Below, piece after piece: positions 59,934 to 64,000 of a stretch of DNA of 64,000 bases. The notes beneath the pieces were generated by a model. That model was not told the DNA's origin. It ran no database searches and saw only the letters and a list, made by a program, of their open reading frames with translations. Position numbers and translations under genes: made by a program. This DNA comes from an uncultured Alistipes sp. (GTDB lineage: Bacteria; Bacteroidota; Bacteroidia; Bacteroidales; Rikenellaceae): NCBI GenBank assembly GCA_944323075.1, contig CALURC010000016.1, forward strand, positions 711,446-775,445, read 5' to 3'. Within the stretch, counting starts at the first letter, position 1; each line of letters begins with the position of its first letter.

Positions 59934-62744
59934 ATGAACGACAAAGAGCTGGATCGTAATGATCCGACCGATTCGAACAAAGAGTTTATCAACGACACAA
60001 CACAACCGAGAAATATTGAAGGACAAACTTCAATCCCGGTAAAAACCAACGATAAATACGATCGGTTGACGGGTGAGAAATCCGACCGGAAAAAGCTGAC
60101 CGGCATGTATAAGGACTGGTTTCTGGACTACGCTTCGTATGTCATTCTGGAACGAGCCGTTCCGCACATCGAAGACGGATTGAAACCGGTACAGCGCCGT
60201 ATCCTGCACGCCATGCGCCGGATGGACGACGGTCGCTACAACAAAGTGGCCAACATCATCGGATCGACCATGCAATACCACCCGCACGGTGACGCCTCGA
60301 TCGGAGACGCCTTGGTGCAACTCGGACAAAAGGAGCTGCTGATCGACTGCCAGGGAAACTGGGGAAATATCCTTACTGGAGACGGGGCTGCCGCACCGCG
60401 TTATATAGAGGCAAGGTTATCAAAATTTGCGTTAGAGGTGGTCTTCAACCCGAAAACCACCGAATGGATGCTCTCCTACGACGGACGGAATCAGGAACCG
60501 GTTACACTGCCGGTCAAATTCCCGTTACTGCTGGCTCAGGGCGTAGAGGGCATCGCGGTCGGTCTGGCCTCGAAGATTCTGCCCCACAACTTCAATGAAC
60601 TGATCGACGCAAGTATCGCTTGTCTGCGCGACGAACCATTCGAGCTCTACCCCGACTTCCCTACCGGAGGTATGGCCGACGTCAGCCGCTACAACGACGG
60701 TTTGAGAGGCGGCAGCATCAGAGTGCGGGCCAAAATCAACAAGATCGACAAACGGACGCTCTCCATCACCGAGATTCCGTTCGGTACGACAACCGAGTCG
60801 ATCAAGGATTCGATCATCCGGGCAAATGACAAAGGGAAGATCAAGATCAAAAAGGTCGACGACAATACGGCCGACAAGGTGGAAATCATCATCCACGTCA
60901 GCAACGACGAATCCTCCGACCGGACCATCGATGCCCTGTACGCATTCACGGATTGCGAAGTTTCGATCTCGCCAAACGCCTGCGTGATCATCGACGACAA
61001 ACCTCATTTTATTGGCGTCTGCGAAATTCTGCGACGTTGCACCTACCATACCAAAGAATTGCTGAAGCGTGAACTGGAGATCCGAATGGAGGAGTTGGAA
61101 CAGGACTGGCACCTCTCCTCGCTTGAAAAAATCTTCATCGAGAACAAGATCTATCAACTGATGGAGGAGTGCGATTCACGAGAGGCAGCTTATATAGCGG
61201 TAGAAAACGGATTACAACCGTTCCGCCCTCTATTGCGTCGCGACATCACGCGCGAAGATGTCATCAAGCTGACCGAGCTGAAGATGATCCGTATTTCACG
61301 TTACGACTCATTCCGGGCTGAAGAGCACATCAAAAACGTCGAATCGGAGATCGAACAGGTGCGACACGATTTGGCCCACTTGACCGAATATGCCATTGCC
61401 TATTTCGAACGGATTAAAGCCAAATATGGAGAAGGTTATGACCGGAAAACCGAACTGAGGGCCTTTGATTCGATCGAAGCGACCAAAGTGGTTGTAGCCA
61501 ACGCAAAACTGTATGTCAATCGAGAGGAAGGCTTTTTCGGTATAGGCTCTTCGATGAAAAAAGACGAGTTCGTTTGCGACTGTTCCGATATCGACGACGT
61601 AATCGTCTTTACCAAAGAGGGTAAATACATCATTACCAAGGTTACGGACAAAGCCTTTTTTGCGAAAAACATCTATTATATAGGGGTTTTCAAGAAGAAC
61701 GACGAAAGAACCATCTACAACATCCTTTATCGCGACGGTCGAAACGGACCGATTATGATGAAACGGTGTGCAATCAAGAGCATTACCCGTGATCGGGAGT
61801 ACGACATCACCCGTGGAACGCCCCGCAGCGAAATTCTCTACATGAGCGTCAATTCGAACGGGGAGGCAGAAGTGCTGAAGATCTACTTCAAACCGAGACC
61901 CCGCCTGAAAAAACTCATTGTCGACCTGAATTTCAGCGACCTTGCTATCAAGGGAAGGCAGTCACAAGGAAATCTGTTCTCGCGGTATGCCATTCACAAA
62001 ATCGTACTTAAGGAGCGGGGAACTTCGACACTTGGCGGAGTAAATGCATGGTACGACGACGAAATCCGCAGGCTCAACACCGACGGACGCGGAATCCTGT
62101 TAGGCGAATTTATCGGAGATGACCGACTGATCATCTTCTCGAGTAAGGGAACCTACTACACGATTGGTTTCGATCTCGGGCTTCACTTTGCGGAAGATAC
62201 GATGCAGGTCGAAAAATATGATTGTCAACGGATCTATTCGGTAGTATATTTCGACAGTACACAAAACTATTACTATCTGAAACGTTTCACCGCCGAACAA
62301 AGCGATCGCATACAGAGTTTCGTTGACGAAGCGTCTGGGTCAAAACTGATTGCGATCAGTGAAGACCGGTATCCTCAACTCGCCATATCTTATGGAGGCG
62401 TTCATGCCAATCGTCCAGAGGATCGAATCGATGTGGAGAGTTTTATCGGAGTAAAGAGCCATAGAGCAAAAGGGAAACGACTTTCTACTTTTGAAATCGC
62501 GCATATTGCCTTTATCGAACCGCTCGAAAAAGAAGACGATTCGGTTTCGGAAGAAGAAACAGCCGATGATGCACCTCTATCGGAAAATTTCACAGAAATG
62601 GAATCCGAAGCTCCGAATGATGATAAAACACCGATAAAACAAAGTTATGCGACTGGAAACAATATCGAATTCCGAGCAGACGATGAAGAGTCCGAATCGA
62701 AACAAATGGATCTTTTCGGAGAAGAAGATATAAATAAACAGTAA
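59934..62744 (+). CDS. parC: DNA topoisomerase IV subunit A
   Basis: RAVPHIEDGLKPVQRR, YHPHGD, AAPRYIEARL. Follows parE. Confidence 0.92.
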   Translation: MNDKELDRNDPTDSNKEFINDTTQPRNIEGQTSIPVKTNDKYDRLTGEKSDRKKLTGMYKDWFLDYASYVILERAVPHIEDGLKPVQRRILHAMRRMDDGRYNKVANIIGSTMQYHPHGDASIGDALVQLGQKELLIDCQGNWGNILTGDGAAAPRYIEARLSKFALEVVFNPKTTEWMLSYDGRNQEPVTLPVKFPLLLAQGVEGIAVGLASKILPHNFNELIDASIACLRDEPFELYPDFPTGGMADVSRYNDGLRGGSIRVRAKINKIDKRTLSITEIPFGTTTESIKDSIIRANDKGKIKIKKVDDNTADKVEIIIHVSNDESSDRTIDALYAFTDCEVSISPNACVIIDDKPHFIGVCEILRRCTYHTKELLKRELEIRMEELEQDWHLSSLEKIFIENKIYQLMEECDSREAAYIAVENGLQPFRPLLRRDITREDVIKLTELKMIRISRYDSFRAEEHIKNVESEIEQVRHDLAHLTEYAIAYFERIKAKYGEGYDRKTELRAFDSIEATKVVVANAKLYVNREEGFFGIGSSMKKDEFVCDCSDIDDVIVFTKEGKYIITKVTDKAFFAKNIYYIGVFKKNDERTIYNILYRDGRNGPIMMKRCAIKSITRDREYDITRGTPRSEILYMSVNSNGEAEVLKIYFKPRPRLKKLIVDLNFSDLAIKGRQSQGNLFSRYAIHKIVLKERGTSTLGGVNAWYDDEIRRLNTDGRGILLGEFIGDDRLIIFSSKGTYYTIGFDLGLHFAEDTMQVEKYDCQRIYSVVYFDSTQNYYYLKRFTAEQSDRIQSFVDEASGSKLIAISEDRYPQLAISYGGVHANRPEDRIDVESFIGVKSHRAKGKRLSTFEIAHIAFIEPLEKEDDSVSEEETADDAPLSENFTEMESEAPNDDKTPIKQSYATGNNIEFRADDEESESKQMDLFGEEDINKQ

Positions 62745-62767
62745 AACATAGACGCAAAAGAGTAACC

Positions 62768-63304
62768 ATGATCATATTTTTAGTCGGATATATGGGATGC
62801 GGGAAAAGTACCATCGGACGAGCACTTGCACGTCGTCTGAAGATGGACTTCTTGGATATGGATCCGCTAATCGAACAGCATTGTGGAAAAAGTATTCGTG
62901 AGATCTTTGCGACAGAAGGAGAAGAGGGGTTTCGTCTTCATGAGAAAGAGGTATTGGCAGAGATCGTAACAGAACAGCAGGATTGTATCGTGGCTACAGG
63001 AGGAGGTGCCCCTTGCTTTTTCGACAATATGGAAGTCATGAACCGAGCCGGAATAACCGTTTATTTCCAAATGAGCCCGGAAAAACTTGCCGGACGGCTC
63101 GAACACGGGAAAGCCAAACGACCTTTATTGCAAGACAAAACTCAAGAAGAGTTGATAAGTTTTATCCGCATTAATGTAGAAAAGAGAGAAACATACTATC
63201 TTCGTTCCAAGTTAATTATTCAGTGTGACGGAGTATCTGATGAGTATATCGCCGAGCACATCGTCCACTACGTACAACATCTACTTAATTCTTCGAACTC
63301 ATGA
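62768..63304 (+). CDS. aroK: Shikimate kinase
   Basis: GYMGCGKST, DMD, FRLHE, ATGGG, RPLL. Confidence 0.95.
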   Translation: MIIFLVGYMGCGKSTIGRALARRLKMDFLDMDPLIEQHCGKSIREIFATEGEEGFRLHEKEVLAEIVTEQQDCIVATGGGAPCFFDNMEVMNRAGITVYFQMSPEKLAGRLEHGKAKRPLLQDKTQEELISFIRINVEKRETYYLRSKLIIQCDGVSDEYIAEHIVHYVQHLLNSSNS

Positions 63305-64000
63305 AAAATTTTCTATCCATACTTTTCTCATTAACCCTTTTTGCAGGATGCTCCTCTCCGGATCCACTAATTTGGCACCAGAACTATTTCATAATAAATG
63401 ACACGGCCAAAGAAAAAAATTATGCCGAAATTATTTATCCTCTATACACGGAGGGTCCGAATTACGATCTGATCAATATCCGTATCGACTCCTTAATCCG
63501 TAAACACCTTGTCGGGGATGACCCCCGATTTGCCAACATAACCATGAAACAGGTTATCGATTCGTTCTTCTCTTGGAAAAATCGGGACTCCATACTGAAT
63601 CAAATTCCATATGATCTTCGCTCTCACTGTATCACCAAAGAGTGTGGCAACGTCATCGCTTTACGGGGAATGGTTTACCGCAAAACCAACGACAGCAGCA
63701 CAAATATCGATTCATACGTCTATAACATAGATCGTCGGAATGGCCGTATACTCACAAGAGATGAAATCATCTCGGACACAATCCGTCTCAAAGAATTGAA
63801 TCAAATATATTTTTCCTATTATCTGATCGACAGAGTGATCTCGGAAGAGACTTTGTTTGTTCCGATAGATGAATTACCTTTGCCCCAGAAGATCAGTGTC
63901 GACAGTACGGGTATCAACATGCAATACGATCCTAATGAGATCGCCCCCCTGTTTATCGGAGAAATGCAATATTACATCCCGTATGACGATGCAAAACCCG
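63301..64000 (+). CDS. RsiV/DUF3298-like lipoprotein (partial, runs off the window)
   Basis: ATG at 63301 overlaps the aroK stop. MKNFLSILFSLTLFAG-C; ends ...YDPNEIAPLFIGEMQYYIPY. Confidence 0.7.
   Translation, partial: MKNFLSILFSLTLFAGCSSPDPLIWHQNYFIINDTAKEKNYAEIIYPLYTEGPNYDLINIRIDSLIRKHLVGDDPRFANITMKQVIDSFFSWKNRDSILNQIPYDLRSHCITKECGNVIALRGMVYRKTNDSSTNIDSYVYNIDRRNGRILTRDEIISDTIRLKELNQIYFSYYLIDRVISEETLFVPIDELPLPQKISVDSTGINMQYDPNEIAPLFIGEMQYYIPYDDAKP

Noticed and set aside
60280-60312. Ala at the Ser80/83-equivalent QRDR position of ParC (HPHGDASIGD) as acquired quinolone resistance
   Set aside because: To my recollection this is the usual Bacteroidota ParC sequence, and nothing here indicates a mutation.
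1-64000. CRISPR array, IS/transposase, prophage, riboswitch or diversity-generating retroelement
   Set aside because: No regularly spaced repeats, mobile-element proteins, reverse transcriptase or riboswitch consensus recognised by eye. An Rfam/Infernal scan would be needed to exclude small RNAs.

Overview
Bacteroidota chromosomal segment, most likely Rikenellaceae/Alistipes-like. This is inferred from TAnnTTTG promoters, Bacteroidota-type lipoproteins and DUFs, and a futalosine-pathway MqnE. Left to right: (1) the end of a fimbrillin (type V pilin) cluster; (2) an AT-rich ~18 kb minus-strand Wzx/Wzy polysaccharide locus with a WecB/WecC/WecG ManNAcA core and many tailoring genes (two acyltransferases, a pyruvyltransferase-family/MenD-like ThDP enzyme/SDR triad, and a coupled ACP-ligase-reductase-GNAT-deacetylase module); (3) an HcpR-like Crp/Fnr regulator divergent from three lipoproteins, a pilin-like metzincin protease (HELGHVMGYNH) and two paralogous pilin/adhesin-like proteins, with a perfect GTAAC-N4-GTTAC operator about 42 bp upstream of the predicted start site; (4) an AraC/GH5 pair, a DUF1893-polyferredoxin-Tat aldo/keto reductase-ECF S cluster, and a pspC-padR-pspC-liaF-like module; (5) housekeeping genes (pfkA, CDF, tRNA-fMet, rfbACDB, mltG, SRP RNA, rluD-like, mqnE, rpmH, rsmG, polyprenyl synthase, plsC, parE, parC, aroK) with a few orphan glycosidases. 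Best candidates for an undescribed system: the Crp/Fnr-controlled protease-pilin operon and the polysaccharide tailoring modules. No CRISPR array, transposase or integrase was seen. All family calls are from motif recognition by eye, not database searches.
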